Notes: generated by a model not told the origin, from the letters alone. DNA of 41,332 nt from Candidatus Hydrogenedentota bacterium (GCA_045863335.1 BTVY01000016.1:251-41582), one strand, 5' to 3'; shown: positions 10,594 to 20,365, counted from the stretch's first letter. Translations and numbers: made by a program.

Positions 10594-12087
10594 TCACCGG
10601 TCCACATACACCAGCGGCGTCTTCAATTCCTGCCCCGTGTGGGCGAGCCACAGCTTGAGATATCCCAACATCAGGGTATCTGCCCGGGTGATGGCCTCGT
10701 AATGATCCGCCTTGCTCGACGCGCGCGGAAGGGCGCACCCGTCGTTCAAGAACAACTCGTGCGCCGTCTTGGCCAGCGCATCGGCGCGATCGAGGTAGCG
10801 TGCGTCCCCGGAAATCCGGTGCGCTCCAACCAGGAGGCAAATGGCGTCCCCGAGAGCGCCGGGGTAGACGTGGATGTCCGTGGGGGGATTCGAATCCAGG
10901 TAGCGGTTTGCCGCGCCGAGAATGAGGGTGCGGTATCCTTCGGAAGGCTGTTGCTCGTAGCGGAGGAGGCATAGATTGGCAACCTGCGCCACCGTATGAT
11001 CGCCGTATCCCGTGGCCCACGTGTCGGCGAAGCTGGTTTGTTCCCTACCAAGCGTCTTCGTGTCGGCCAGGGTGACGAAGCCCTCGCCGCCGGGGCCAGG
11101 GGCGTGTGGAAGCCGGAGGAATACCTCGTCGATTCTTCCTGCGCACGCGAGCATGAGGTCTGCTGTCCTACGTGGCACTTGCTGTGATCCCGCGTGCAGA
11201 TCGACAGCCAGCGAAACATTGCTCGGCGGCCACATGAGCGTGCCATTTGAGCGGGAAGCGCTTTCGGAAGGAATGGCGCCGCTTTCCGGATTCCGGCGCG
11301 ACTCGAAGTAACTCACCAGCGTCTCGATGGCGTGAAGAAACACCGGGTCGCCGGTCTCCGCGTAGGCCTGCGCCCAGGTGGCGATATAGAAGCCGCCATG
11401 TCGGGGGTATTCTGAGTTGGTGCCGGGATTGTGGGTGCTGTAGCTCGCATGCCGGGAGAAATTCCCCGTGGCGTGGTCGCCAATTTGATGCTCCCAAACG
11501 CCTTGGGCGAAGGCCTTGACCGGCTCGCGCGCCAGATCGAAGGAAACATCCCAAAGCGCCCAGGGCCGGTAATACTCGTGCGTGTCGCTGGCGGGCCGGT
11601 CGATGCGCGTCTCGGTCTTGAAGTCCCATCCGATGTGCTCGCCCCACGCGAGCAGGCCGGTCGTGGGGCTTTGGCAGTTGTTGAAGAAAAACTGGAGCGC
11701 CTCGTCCGCGGCCCTCTTGTATTGGGCGTCGCTCGTGATCTCCGACAGGGCGTACAGGATCATGTAGAGGTTTTGGTCCTGCATGGGGTTGGCACCGGTC
11801 AAGGTGCGGTCGTGCGGCCGAATGCCCCATTCCTCGCGCGGGATGGCGAGGGCGGTTTCCAAGGCGGGGCCGTCCAGCAGGGTCAGCGCCCTTCGATCAA
11901 TGGCTGCTGCGAAGAGGGGAGTATGCACGTCGCCGTACGTATCACGTCCGTGGGCAATGAGCGTATCCGCGTACGCTTTGACGGACGCGAGCAAGAAATC
12001 CGCATCGGCAGGTGCGGCGTCCTGTGATTGCGCCCGCACGGAGAGCGACAAGCCTGCCACCAGAAGGATGACGAAACCCCGGACCAT
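10594..12087 (-). CDS. Secreted alpha/alpha-toroid protein, distant polysaccharide lyase family 2 (PL2)-like
   Basis: Signal peptide; YAD.L...GRDTYG..HTPLF, QNL..IL..LS.IT.D..Y, GLLAWGEH, THEY and FSRH match the PL2 motif order; ATG 12087 with GAGGGG RBS. Confidence 0.6.
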   Translation of the reverse strand: MVRGFVILLVAGLSLSVRAQSQDAAPADADFLLASVKAYADTLIAHGRDTYGDVHTPLFAAAIDRRALTLLDGPALETALAIPREEWGIRPHDRTLTGANPMQDQNLYMILYALSEITSDAQYKRAADEALQFFFNNCQSPTTGLLAWGEHIGWDFKTETRIDRPASDTHEYYRPWALWDVSFDLAREPVKAFAQGVWEHQIGDHATGNFSRHASYSTHNPGTNSEYPRHGGFYIATWAQAYAETGDPVFLHAIETLVSYFESRRNPESGAIPSESASRSNGTLMWPPSNVSLAVDLHAGSQQVPRRTADLMLACAGRIDEVFLRLPHAPGPGGEGFVTLADTKTLGREQTSFADTWATGYGDHTVAQVANLCLLRYEQQPSEGYRTLILGAANRYLDSNPPTDIHVYPGALGDAICLLVGAHRISGDARYLDRADALAKTAHELFLNDGCALPRASSKADHYEAITRADTLMLGYLKLWLAHTGQELKTPLVYVDR

Positions 12088-12113
12088 CGAATGACCCCTC
12101 TCGGTTGTTTCCG

Positions 12114-15100
12114 CTATCGTCCTACAAACACTTCGACCACGGCGACATCGCCGGGCGCGAGGACCGTCCGCAACCCGTTCGCCGGCACGTTCCATTGGAA
12201 ATCACCCATTCGCGATTCAAACCGGTTTGGAGCTCTTCCGGAGAAGGCGAGCAGGCAATCCCGCTCCCCTTGATCGTCCACGACGGCGGGTTCGGTTGGG
12301 ACTTTGGTGACGCCGTTGTTATTAATCATGCCGATGATGAATCCCGAGGCGGTCTGGTTGATCAGAAGCTGAACATCAGCCGTCGTGGACACCGGCACAA
12401 AGGCGTCCACGAGCGACCGCAAGACCGCGCCGGCGACAGGGACCAGTCGATCATCCGAATCCAGCCAATGTTCGGTTGCGGACACGATAACGGCGCCCTC
12501 TCCCACGCGGCGCCATGCCACCAGCGGCGCGCCGGACTCGGTCCAGGCCAGGGCGCGGACGTCGTGATCGAGCCGCATGGGCCGGTAGGGAATGGGGCAC
12601 GCGATTGGCGGGATCGCCTGGAGCGCCGTCTGGATGCCGGTGGCGTGCAGCGGGCGCGGCGCCAGCGATATCCCTAGAAACGTTTGCGGAAACGATGCCG
12701 CGTGCGCACTGTCCACGATGAGGATGCCGCCTCGCTTCACGTAGTCCTCGAGATCGCGGCGCTGCGATTGCGTGATCTCGAGATTGCCCAACAACCAGAC
12801 CACGCCGTAACTCTCCAGAACGGCAGACGGCGCGTCGTCGGTTACCACGTCGAAGACGTCGCCGTAGGGGCCATTCGGCAGGTATCCGTGCTCGAAATCG
12901 AGGCGTTCCTCCCAGTTGTAGACGTGAGTGAACACTTGCTCCATCGAGGCGGCGCCGCGATCCGGATCCCACACGCCGTAGACTTTCTCCCGCAACCTCC
13001 AGCCGTGATCGAAATCGATGAGGAATGCGATCGGTGTGTAGGGAACCCCGCGAGACTTGTTTGTGTCCGCATACTCGTACCAACGCGAAAAGGCGTTGCC
13101 GTGTTCCGACATGGTGAAGCGATTCGGGGATGTTTCGCGCACGAAGACGGAACCGTGAAACGCGTCCGACTCGTGATGAACGAGTGACGCGCCGGAGAGG
13201 TGCGCGGCCATGGCCAGGCGGAACTCCAGGGATGGCGAATGCCCGCAGTCGGGACCCGTGGCGATGTCCGGCGGCGACCACCGGACGCGTGGCTCTTCTG
13301 GTGGACGGAACCGGGAATCGAGCACGGCGCCGCGAAACCAGTTCGAGATGTAGGCGCCCCAGGGGCGGCCGCCGTATTGCCGGGCGGCGCCGCGAATCAT
13401 CGCCAGTTGTAACGGCACGCAGGGCATGTTTTCGCCGATTTCCGCGTAGCACATGGGCGCGCCCCACGCGTAGGCCTGATGGGCCACCATGCAATAGCCT
13501 TCGCCCGCGTAGATCCGGCCGTGCGTCTGGTCCATCAGGCGCTCAAAGTCATCATGGAAAATAGCGGTCGCTTCCAGGGGACCGTCCGGTTTGGTGACGG
13601 CGTCTTCGAGTTGATCCTTCCAGACGCGATACGCCCACTCGTGGACCGGGAATCCGAGGAACCGGTCCCCGGCCATTGCTACGACGGCATCGTAGACAGG
13701 ATCGGGGTAACGGCCGGCCGGCTGGAAGTACCCGTTCATGAGAAAGAAGGGCACATCCGAATTCTTCATGGCCATCCACGCGGGATGCGTCGGCGAGAAC
13801 ATGCGCGCCGTTTCCGTTGCGGGCGCATCGATGCGGGGGATTGCGTCGCGAATGAACGGTTCGCCGGCAAGTCCGTATCGCGCCCACGTTTCGGGCATAT
13901 AGGTCGATACGGTCCATGAGTCTTTGCCCTCAATTTCCGGCAATCCCCACTTGGCGGGGACGCGGTAGGCCTGTCCCCATTCCGCTATGGCGGTGACAAA
14001 TTCTTCGCGCGAGGGCAGGAGCACCGGAACGGATCGGACCGTATGGATGGGTATGGGTTCGTAGCGGGTTTTCGTTTTTCCGCCGATGGTTTCCAGCGTG
14101 AGGTCCAGTTCGAGCGGGATGGGGTTGTCGCGGTAATAGGGGATCGTGAGCGGTCCTTCCTTGGCGGGTGCGACCGTCGCGCCGATGATGCGATCTTGTT
14201 GCCGCAGTACGGCGACCAGATTCCGGTTGCGATAGGAGCGCGGCAGATCGACTACCGCAGTCGCGAACGGCTGATTCCGGTTCAGATCCGGCACGGTGAC
14301 GCGCAATTGTCGCGGTGGGCGGCGGTGGCTCTCGCCCGCCACTTGCCGGTACGTCGGGCCTATGGGAAGAATGCACCCGTTTAAGTCCGGCCCACCGCGG
14401 GGGTGCGTCCAACCACCGCGGGCTGCGGTCGAGAAACAATACAGCCGCGCACATTCGGTTGCCGCCAGAAGTTCCAGCAGCCCGTCGCCGTTGAGGTCGG
14501 AGAGGACGAGTCCTTCGCGCACGTTGCCGCGCACGGAAATCTCCAGCTCAACGGCGCCTGCTAAAGATGCAACGACGATGCGCCAGCCCTCTGCGGCCAA
14601 CACCAATTCGGCCTCGTCGTCATTATCCACGTCTGCAATCAGCGGCCGTGCGACGTAGTCGCCCCCGGGCAAGGCGTGCTGATCGAGGACCGTTCCCGTT
14701 GCGCTGACAATGGTGATTTCTCCGCGGGCGCTGACGGTGATGACTTCGCGTCCGGCGGATTCATGCACGTCTGCCAACGCGGGCGAGCCGAGCGCGGTCG
14801 TGCCGGCCCGGCATCGCCAGAGTTCCTGGCCGGTTACGGCGTCTACGGCGTAGAGCCATCCTTCCTCGTCACTGACGAGCACGCAGGGGCTCCCCGGCAC
14901 CAATTCCGCCACCAGCAAATCACCGTGCCGTGGAAATTGAGCCGCGCGATGTTCCGTCGCGAACCGCCAGAGCGGTTCGCCGTCGCCCTGCACGCAGTGG
15001 ACGACGCCGTCGACGGATTGGGCGTAGACCGCCGACGCGTCCATGAAGATGGGGGCCACGACCGGGGACGAATCGAAAGAACTGCGCGCGTCGTATCGCC

Positions 15101-15644
15101 ACAACACGGACAGGCGCCGGTCCAGCGCGGTTAACAATCCGTCGCGCCGGGCGCAGACCACCTCTTGCCGTCCCGAGCGGTTGAGATCGCCGAAGCAGGG
15201 GGCTGTCCCGATGCGCGGTTCACCCGGCAGCGCGATATACAGGTTTAGACCCGCGCCGAAGCCGGCCAGGTTCAAGGTGCCATTCGATTCCTGGAATGCG
15301 AAAAGCCGCGACCGCTCGTCAAGAGGCTCGCTTATCGCTATGGAACCCTCTACCCAGTTCGCGCGGCGGTAGCTGCTTTGTAACGCGCCGTCGGCTCCGA
15401 TGCACCACACCGTGCCGTCGAAGCGTGTTGACAGATAGATCTCCCGCTGCCCGTCGCCATCCTGGTCGACCGTCGCCGGGAGCGAGCGCGCCGACGACAC
15501 GACATCAAAGTGCCACTGTTCCTCCAGGGCAAGTGCAGTGGACCCCGCGATCAGCCCTGCCGCCACGTACATCAGGGCGAGGGATCCCCCCCAGTTGACG
15601 TAGGGTTGGGGTCGATGAAATCTCATGTGCAACATCCACTGCAT
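12114..15644 (-). CDS. Large secreted protein: FG-GAP/PQQ-like beta-propeller plus putative glycoside-hydrolase-like C-terminal region
   Basis: Repeats DQDGDGQREI, GDLNRSGRQEV, ADVDNDDEAEL and SDLNGDGLLEL with LWR/LYA blades; C-terminal L..YVKRGG.L segment like beta-galactosidase trimerisation domains; exact start uncertain. Confidence 0.65.
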   Translation of the reverse strand: MQWMLHMRFHRPQPYVNWGGSLALMYVAAGLIAGSTALALEEQWHFDVVSSARSLPATVDQDGDGQREIYLSTRFDGTVWCIGADGALQSSYRRANWVEGSIAISEPLDERSRLFAFQESNGTLNLAGFGAGLNLYIALPGEPRIGTAPCFGDLNRSGRQEVVCARRDGLLTALDRRLSVLWRYDARSSFDSSPVVAPIFMDASAVYAQSVDGVVHCVQGDGEPLWRFATEHRAAQFPRHGDLLVAELVPGSPCVLVSDEEGWLYAVDAVTGQELWRCRAGTTALGSPALADVHESAGREVITVSARGEITIVSATGTVLDQHALPGGDYVARPLIADVDNDDEAELVLAAEGWRIVVASLAGAVELEISVRGNVREGLVLSDLNGDGLLELLAATECARLYCFSTAARGGWTHPRGGPDLNGCILPIGPTYRQVAGESHRRPPRQLRVTVPDLNRNQPFATAVVDLPRSYRNRNLVAVLRQQDRIIGATVAPAKEGPLTIPYYRDNPIPLELDLTLETIGGKTKTRYEPIPIHTVRSVPVLLPSREEFVTAIAEWGQAYRVPAKWGLPEIEGKDSWTVSTYMPETWARYGLAGEPFIRDAIPRIDAPATETARMFSPTHPAWMAMKNSDVPFFLMNGYFQPAGRYPDPVYDAVVAMAGDRFLGFPVHEWAYRVWKDQLEDAVTKPDGPLEATAIFHDDFERLMDQTHGRIYAGEGYCMVAHQAYAWGAPMCYAEIGENMPCVPLQLAMIRGAARQYGGRPWGAYISNWFRGAVLDSRFRPPEEPRVRWSPPDIATGPDCGHSPSLEFRLAMAAHLSGASLVHHESDAFHGSVFVRETSPNRFTMSEHGNAFSRWYEYADTNKSRGVPYTPIAFLIDFDHGWRLREKVYGVWDPDRGAASMEQVFTHVYNWEERLDFEHGYLPNGPYGDVFDVVTDDAPSAVLESYGVVWLLGNLEITQSQRRDLEDYVKRGGILIVDSAHAASFPQTFLGISLAPRPLHATGIQTALQAIPPIACPIPYRPMRLDHDVRALAWTESGAPLVAWRRVGEGAVIVSATEHWLDSDDRLVPVAGAVLRSLVDAFVPVSTTADVQLLINQTASGFIIGMINNNGVTKVPTEPAVVDDQGERDCLLAFSGRAPNRFESRMGDFQWNVPANGLRTVLAPGDVAVVEVFVGR

Positions 15645-15772
15645 TGTACCGTTGCTCGAGGCTCTCCGCCAGCGGCAAAAAGCACTGCCTCATATGGTTG
15701 CTTTTCCCATGGCCATCACGTAAAAAGAAGGACTTGGCGAATGGCTGTTCGATCTGCCTGTTCGGAGGTCCT

Positions 15773-16783
15773 ATGTATCACCCTGTCCGTCTTGCCGCTG
15801 GCATCGTTGTAGCCGCACTTATCGCGGTACTCCCGGGTTGTACGCCCGCGAAGGAGACCCCACATCGGCCCGCTGCACCACCGCCCGCCGCGCCTCAGGG
15901 ATTCGCTTCCGTCGAGGAGGCTATGAAAGCCGTCATGGACAAGAAGGTGCCCATGGTGGACACGTCCATCGATATTCCGGCGGACGTGGTAGAGACCAAA
16001 GACATCGAATACGGCCGCGTGGGCGACCGGCCGCTGTTGCTGGACCTCTACATGCCGGTTTCGCCACCGAACCCCGTGCCCGTGCTCATCTTCATCCACG
16101 GGGGCGGCTGGTACAAGGGCGACCGTTCCGATTACAAATACTACACCGTCCGCTATGCAAAGCAAGGCTACGCCGCGGCGACCATCTCATACCGGCTCAG
16201 CGATGAAACCAAATTTCCGGCCGCCTTGGAAGATGTTAAATGCGCGGTCCGTTGGGTTCGGGCAAACGCGTCTACCTATGGATTCGAATCCAACTTCATC
16301 GCCGTCATCGGCGGAAGCGCGGGCGGCCATCTGGCCATGATGACGGGGTATACCGCGGGCGATCCGGCGCTCGAAGGCACTGGCGGCCACGCGGAATGGG
16401 GCAGCGAGGTGGCCGCCGTCGTGAATTTCTACGGACCCTCCGATCTGACTACCGACACGGCGAGGTCAGCGTCTGAAGTGACCCGCTTCCTGGGTCAAAC
16501 GTATGAGGAGAACCCGGAGGTCTTCGCGCAGGCTTCGCCCATCACACATGTCGACGGAGACAGCCCGCCGACCCTGATTTTTCACGGGAGCATCGACCAA
16601 CTCGTCCCGGTGGAGCAGTCCGAGATTCTCGCAAGCAGACTCAAGGCGGCTGGTGTGCCTTGTGATCTGCACGTCCTGGAAGGTTGGCCTCACACCATGG
16701 ATGCCGCGCAAGCGGTGAACGACTACTGCAGGTATTTTCTCGATGCGTTTCTTGCGAAATATGTGCCGCGCCCGATGCAGTAG
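15773..16783 (+). CDS. Alpha/beta hydrolase (HSL-like acetyl esterase/lipase), lipoprotein
   Basis: HGGGW, GGSAGGHL, HGSIDQLV and catalytic His in GWPH; lipobox LPGC; ATG 15773 with GGAGGT RBS. Confidence 0.9.
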   Translation: MYHPVRLAAGIVVAALIAVLPGCTPAKETPHRPAAPPPAAPQGFASVEEAMKAVMDKKVPMVDTSIDIPADVVETKDIEYGRVGDRPLLLDLYMPVSPPNPVPVLIFIHGGGWYKGDRSDYKYYTVRYAKQGYAAATISYRLSDETKFPAALEDVKCAVRWVRANASTYGFESNFIAVIGGSAGGHLAMMTGYTAGDPALEGTGGHAEWGSEVAAVVNFYGPSDLTTDTARSASEVTRFLGQTYEENPEVFAQASPITHVDGDSPPTLIFHGSIDQLVPVEQSEILASRLKAAGVPCDLHVLEGWPHTMDAAQAVNDYCRYFLDAFLAKYVPRPMQ

Positions 16784-17804
16784 CGTCATGCTCGCCACGG
16801 CCGCGCTTTGCGTTCTGGCTGGTTGTTCCCGGTTTGACAAGGCGGAGCCCGTAGCGGTTCCTGGAGTGGACGGCGCTTCACTGGCGAACGCCAATGCCTA
16901 CGCGGCGGACGCGCCAGCCCTTCCCACCGGCTACCTCGACGTCGACGAATTCGTGGAGGACGGCGTGCTGGCGCCCATGCGGAACGCGGATACGATTCCG
17001 CACGGCGTTCGGGTCACGAACGGAATCGTCTATGGACGCGACGGCGAGTACGATCTCGTGCTCGACTTATACCAACCCGAGCAGGTGGATGCTCCGGCCC
17101 CGGCGCTGGTGTTCATCCACGGCGGCGGTTGGGCGCGCCACGGCCGAGATTACTACGCGTTCTGGGCCTCGCGCTACGCGTCGATGGGCTACGTTTGCGT
17201 TTCCATCGACTACCGCATCTCGGAGGAAGCCCCATTTCCGGCCGCGGTAGAGGATGCTAAATGCGCGGTCCGTTGGGTGCGCGCAAAGGCGGATGAACTA
17301 CAGATCGATCCCAATCGCATTGCGGTGATCGGCCAGTCGGCTGGCGCCCATCTCGCGCTCATGGTCGCCTATTCGCCGGATGTGCCGGAGTTGGAAGGAG
17401 ACGGAGGTCACGAGGATTACCGCAGTGGCGTTCGCGCCGTGGTCAATTTCTATGGCCCCACTGATCTCACCACGCCGCTGCTGTCACACCGGAAGTCGGT
17501 CAAGAAGTTCATGGGAGGCCGTTCCCAGGAAGACGCGCCGGATCAGTACGCAGCAGCTTCTCCGATGCGGTATCTGACTTCCGACGATCCTCCGACCCTT
17601 ATCTTCCACGGCACCGCCGACGACGTGGTCGCAGTCGAGCAATCGGACAGATTGGCGTTCGCGCTAGCGGAACTCGGCATTCCCTACGTATACGACAGAC
17701 AGGAGGGATGGAACCACGCCATGGACATCCTTGGGCCCATCAACGAGCGGTGCCTGTACATCATGGACCATTTCCTGGACGAACATCTCGGGCCGGAAAA
17801 ATAG
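16743..17804 (+). CDS. Alpha/beta hydrolase (esterase/lipase), lipoprotein, tandem paralog
   Basis: HGGGW, GQSAGAHL, HGTADDVV and GWNH; lipobox LAGC; start may lie slightly downstream. Confidence 0.9.
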   Translation: MRFLRNMCRARCSSVMLATAALCVLAGCSRFDKAEPVAVPGVDGASLANANAYAADAPALPTGYLDVDEFVEDGVLAPMRNADTIPHGVRVTNGIVYGRDGEYDLVLDLYQPEQVDAPAPALVFIHGGGWARHGRDYYAFWASRYASMGYVCVSIDYRISEEAPFPAAVEDAKCAVRWVRAKADELQIDPNRIAVIGQSAGAHLALMVAYSPDVPELEGDGGHEDYRSGVRAVVNFYGPTDLTTPLLSHRKSVKKFMGGRSQEDAPDQYAAASPMRYLTSDDPPTLIFHGTADDVVAVEQSDRLAFALAELGIPYVYDRQEGWNHAMDILGPINERCLYIMDHFLDEHLGPEK

Positions 17805-17878
17805 GGACCGTTACCATTTTCCTTCTCGGCTCCTGGGCTATTGACTCAGCAAGTCAAAAGGAAAACGGTAACGGTCCC
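17804..17878. repeat. 21-bp inverted repeat between convergent genes (REP-pair-like or bidirectional terminator)
   Basis: GGGACCGTTACCATTTTCCTT (17804-17824) versus AAGGAAAACGGTAACGGTCCC (17858-17878), one mismatch. Confidence 0.8.
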
Positions 17879-17895
17879 GAGTTCTTAGCGGACCT

Positions 17896-19596
17896 CTAGG
17901 CCCCCCAGCCGACGATCCAGTACACGGAGCCCACGAGCAGCCCGACCAATCCCCAGATCACGATGAATCCGGCCATCCCCACCGCAGACGGCATGGGGAT
18001 CTCCAGATCCGGGTGGTTGATTAGCTTGCGCGGCGGTGGCGGCTCGACGCCGGGCGGCAGTGTAAACGGTTCGAGGTGCGGCTCGTTCGGCTGTATGGGG
18101 GTTCGCAAACATTCGAATACGCGGTCCAACTTTTTGTCGGGGACGCGTTTCGTGAAGAGGCTGACGAGGATGCAGCTTCCGAAGCCGGCCATCAAATACA
18201 CGGCCATCTGGTACGACACGCGGAACTTGTCGTCCCAGATCATGCGTTCCGGGAAGTGCTCGACCGCGAACGCGTGGAACATGGGGGTCTGCGTGACGAA
18301 CATGAGCGCCAGCGCGATCAAGGTGCCTGCCCACGCGCCCGCAACCGTGGTTCGCCGCCAGAACAGGCCCAGCCAGAACGCGGCGCCCATAACCGCTTGC
18401 ACGCGGAAGAACCACTCGAGGGCGACCGGTACGCTCGTAAACATGAACGAGAACGCGATACTGAACACGACGATCACGAAGGCGGTGATCCGTCCGACCA
18501 TCACGTAGTGTTTTTCGTCCCGGTCGTGGGCAATAAACCGGCGGTAGAAGTTCTGGGTAAAAAGCCCGGCGGACGAAACCATAAACGCATCGCACGAGGA
18601 CATGATTGATGCGAGCAACGCGGCGAGGAAGAGGCCCACGAGGCCGGGCATGACCAGGGGGAGCAACTCGCGGGCCATGGTGCCGTAAATCAGATCGGGA
18701 TGGATCTCCGCTTCGCGGCCCGCGAAATAGACGACGGCACAGAGTCCGGTGAGCATCCATGCGATCGTGCAGACGCGTTTCAGCAGATTGCCGCCTGTGA
18801 ATCCGACGCGGCCGTCCATCTCGTTGCGGCCGCCCGCGCAGACGCCCATGATGTGCGGCTGCGTCACGATGCCGATCAGCGCGCTAAGCCCAAACATGAA
18901 GATGTGAAAGCCGTTGATCTCGCCCGGTGCGACGAGGCTGAACATATTCTCGTTGGTAATGTGCTCGCGCATACCGGCCATCCCGCCTACCGCCTTCCAG
19001 GCAAAGGGCAGGATGATGAAGGAAAGGATGATGGTGAGAATGCCCTGGATGAAGTCGGTCACGATGGCCGCGGCCAAGCCCCCCGCGATTCCGTAGATGA
19101 CGAATAGCACCGTCATGACGAGAATTGCCGCGTTCGTTGTAATCGCGCCGTTGGATACGGCCTCGATGGTGGCTCCGGCGCCTTTCAGCAAGACGCCGAT
19201 ATTCACGGTGAGCTGGAGGACGCCGACCAGGGCGTACAAACCCGCGACGCTCCGATCGTACCGGTACTCGAAGTAGTCGCCGGTGGTGATGGCGCGCATG
19301 CGCCGGAATACCGGCGCGATGAGCCAATAGAAAGGCGTCGCGAACAGCCATAGAAACTGATACCAGATTCCGGAGACGCCGTTGGTGAAGGTTTTCGATG
19401 AGACACCGACGGCGTCGTTTCCGCTCGTTCCAGAACCGAAGGCGAAGAAGATCATGAAGGGCTTGGAGAAGCTCCGCCCACCCATGAAGAAGTCGGCGGA
19501 ATCGTGGATGCGCCGGACGGTCCATACGCCGATTACGGTAATGCCGACGAGGTATACCCCCAGTGCGACCCAATCCCAGAACCCAATCCCAAGCAT
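17896..19596 (-). CDS. Sodium:solute symporter (SSS) family transporter
   Basis: Many TM helices; DFFMGGR, T.GDYFEYRY, GGL.AAIVTDFIQG and AALLASIMSS motifs. Confidence 0.92.
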   Translation of the reverse strand: MLGIGFWDWVALGVYLVGITVIGVWTVRRIHDSADFFMGGRSFSKPFMIFFAFGSGTSGNDAVGVSSKTFTNGVSGIWYQFLWLFATPFYWLIAPVFRRMRAITTGDYFEYRYDRSVAGLYALVGVLQLTVNIGVLLKGAGATIEAVSNGAITTNAAILVMTVLFVIYGIAGGLAAAIVTDFIQGILTIILSFIILPFAWKAVGGMAGMREHITNENMFSLVAPGEINGFHIFMFGLSALIGIVTQPHIMGVCAGGRNEMDGRVGFTGGNLLKRVCTIAWMLTGLCAVVYFAGREAEIHPDLIYGTMARELLPLVMPGLVGLFLAALLASIMSSCDAFMVSSAGLFTQNFYRRFIAHDRDEKHYVMVGRITAFVIVVFSIAFSFMFTSVPVALEWFFRVQAVMGAAFWLGLFWRRTTVAGAWAGTLIALALMFVTQTPMFHAFAVEHFPERMIWDDKFRVSYQMAVYLMAGFGSCILVSLFTKRVPDKKLDRVFECLRTPIQPNEPHLEPFTLPPGVEPPPPRKLINHPDLEIPMPSAVGMAGFIVIWGLVGLLVGSVYWIVGWGA

Positions 19597-19702
19597 GAAA
19601 AACGCCCCTCATCTGGTTGCCAAATGATTTGTTGCCCCGTTCTCGGGGAGGGGGGCACACCTTCCGTGCGCCCGTATCGCTCAAGCGGCTCCGCTGATGC
19701 CG

Positions 19703-20272
19703 CTAAAAGGTGTAGCCTACGGCGAGCCCCACGCTGTTGGCGCCGGCATTGTTGTCCGAGAGACCGGCGTTGGAAATGTGTTGCACCTGGAGCGCCACGT
19801 GCCAGTCGCTTTGAAACTGGTATCCCACTCCGCCTTCCAAGAGGAAGTCCATCGTCGCTGAATTGCCCTCGATATGGTTTGTATGGAAGATCACGTTGGC
19901 GCCGCCTTCCACGTAGAATCCGTTGCGAGCGTCCTGGTTCTGATAGAGGCGCGCCGCCAAACCAAACCCGCCTCCCCAGAGTGTTTCGCTCGGCTCATCT
20001 TGCATGTACGTGAACAGCGGATAGGTCTTCAGACCCAGTGTTCCGCGGGCGAAGATGGGCCATTCGTATTCAAAGCTGCCCTTGACGACCATATCGCTCG
20101 TCCGATCGCGGCGGCCGGAATGGAAGCCCGTAGCGACCCCAACTTCTGTGCGCCAGCGGCCCTCGGCGAATCCGCGGGTAATGGGATTGTCGGCGCGGGC
20201 GGGCTCCGCAAAGAATACCGTCGCAACGGGAAGTGCCAATGCCATGATTAAGGTTGATACTAACGATCGCAT
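19703..20272 (-). CDS. PagL-like (lipid A 3-O-deacylase / acyloxyacyl hydrolase) outer-membrane beta-barrel
   Basis: Signal peptide, alternating beta strands, QHISNAG..NAG motif and C-terminal Y.F. Confidence 0.8.
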   Translation of the reverse strand: MRSLVSTLIMALALPVATVFFAEPARADNPITRGFAEGRWRTEVGVATGFHSGRRDRTSDMVVKGSFEYEWPIFARGTLGLKTYPLFTYMQDEPSETLWGGGFGLAARLYQNQDARNGFYVEGGANVIFHTNHIEGNSATMDFLLEGGVGYQFQSDWHVALQVQHISNAGLSDNNAGANSVGLAVGYTF

Positions 20273-20336
20273 GTTATCGAAATCCCAAGGCGTGAGTTAC
20301 CGGATTTAGCGGGTCTTTCGCGACATTCGCCGGCTG

Positions 20337-20365
20337 ATAATAGTGGACCGCCCGGGAGGTGTCAA
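20337..20365 (-). promoter_or_regulatory. Sigma70-type promoter for the PagL-like gene
   Basis: Minus strand TTGACA (20365-20360), 17 bp, TATTAT (20342-20337). Confidence 0.75.

Noticed and set aside
20341-20350. TAGTGGACCG occurring in two promoter regions (20341 and 35451)
   Set aside because: Only 10 bp and at different offsets from the -10 and -35 boxes; consistent with chance.
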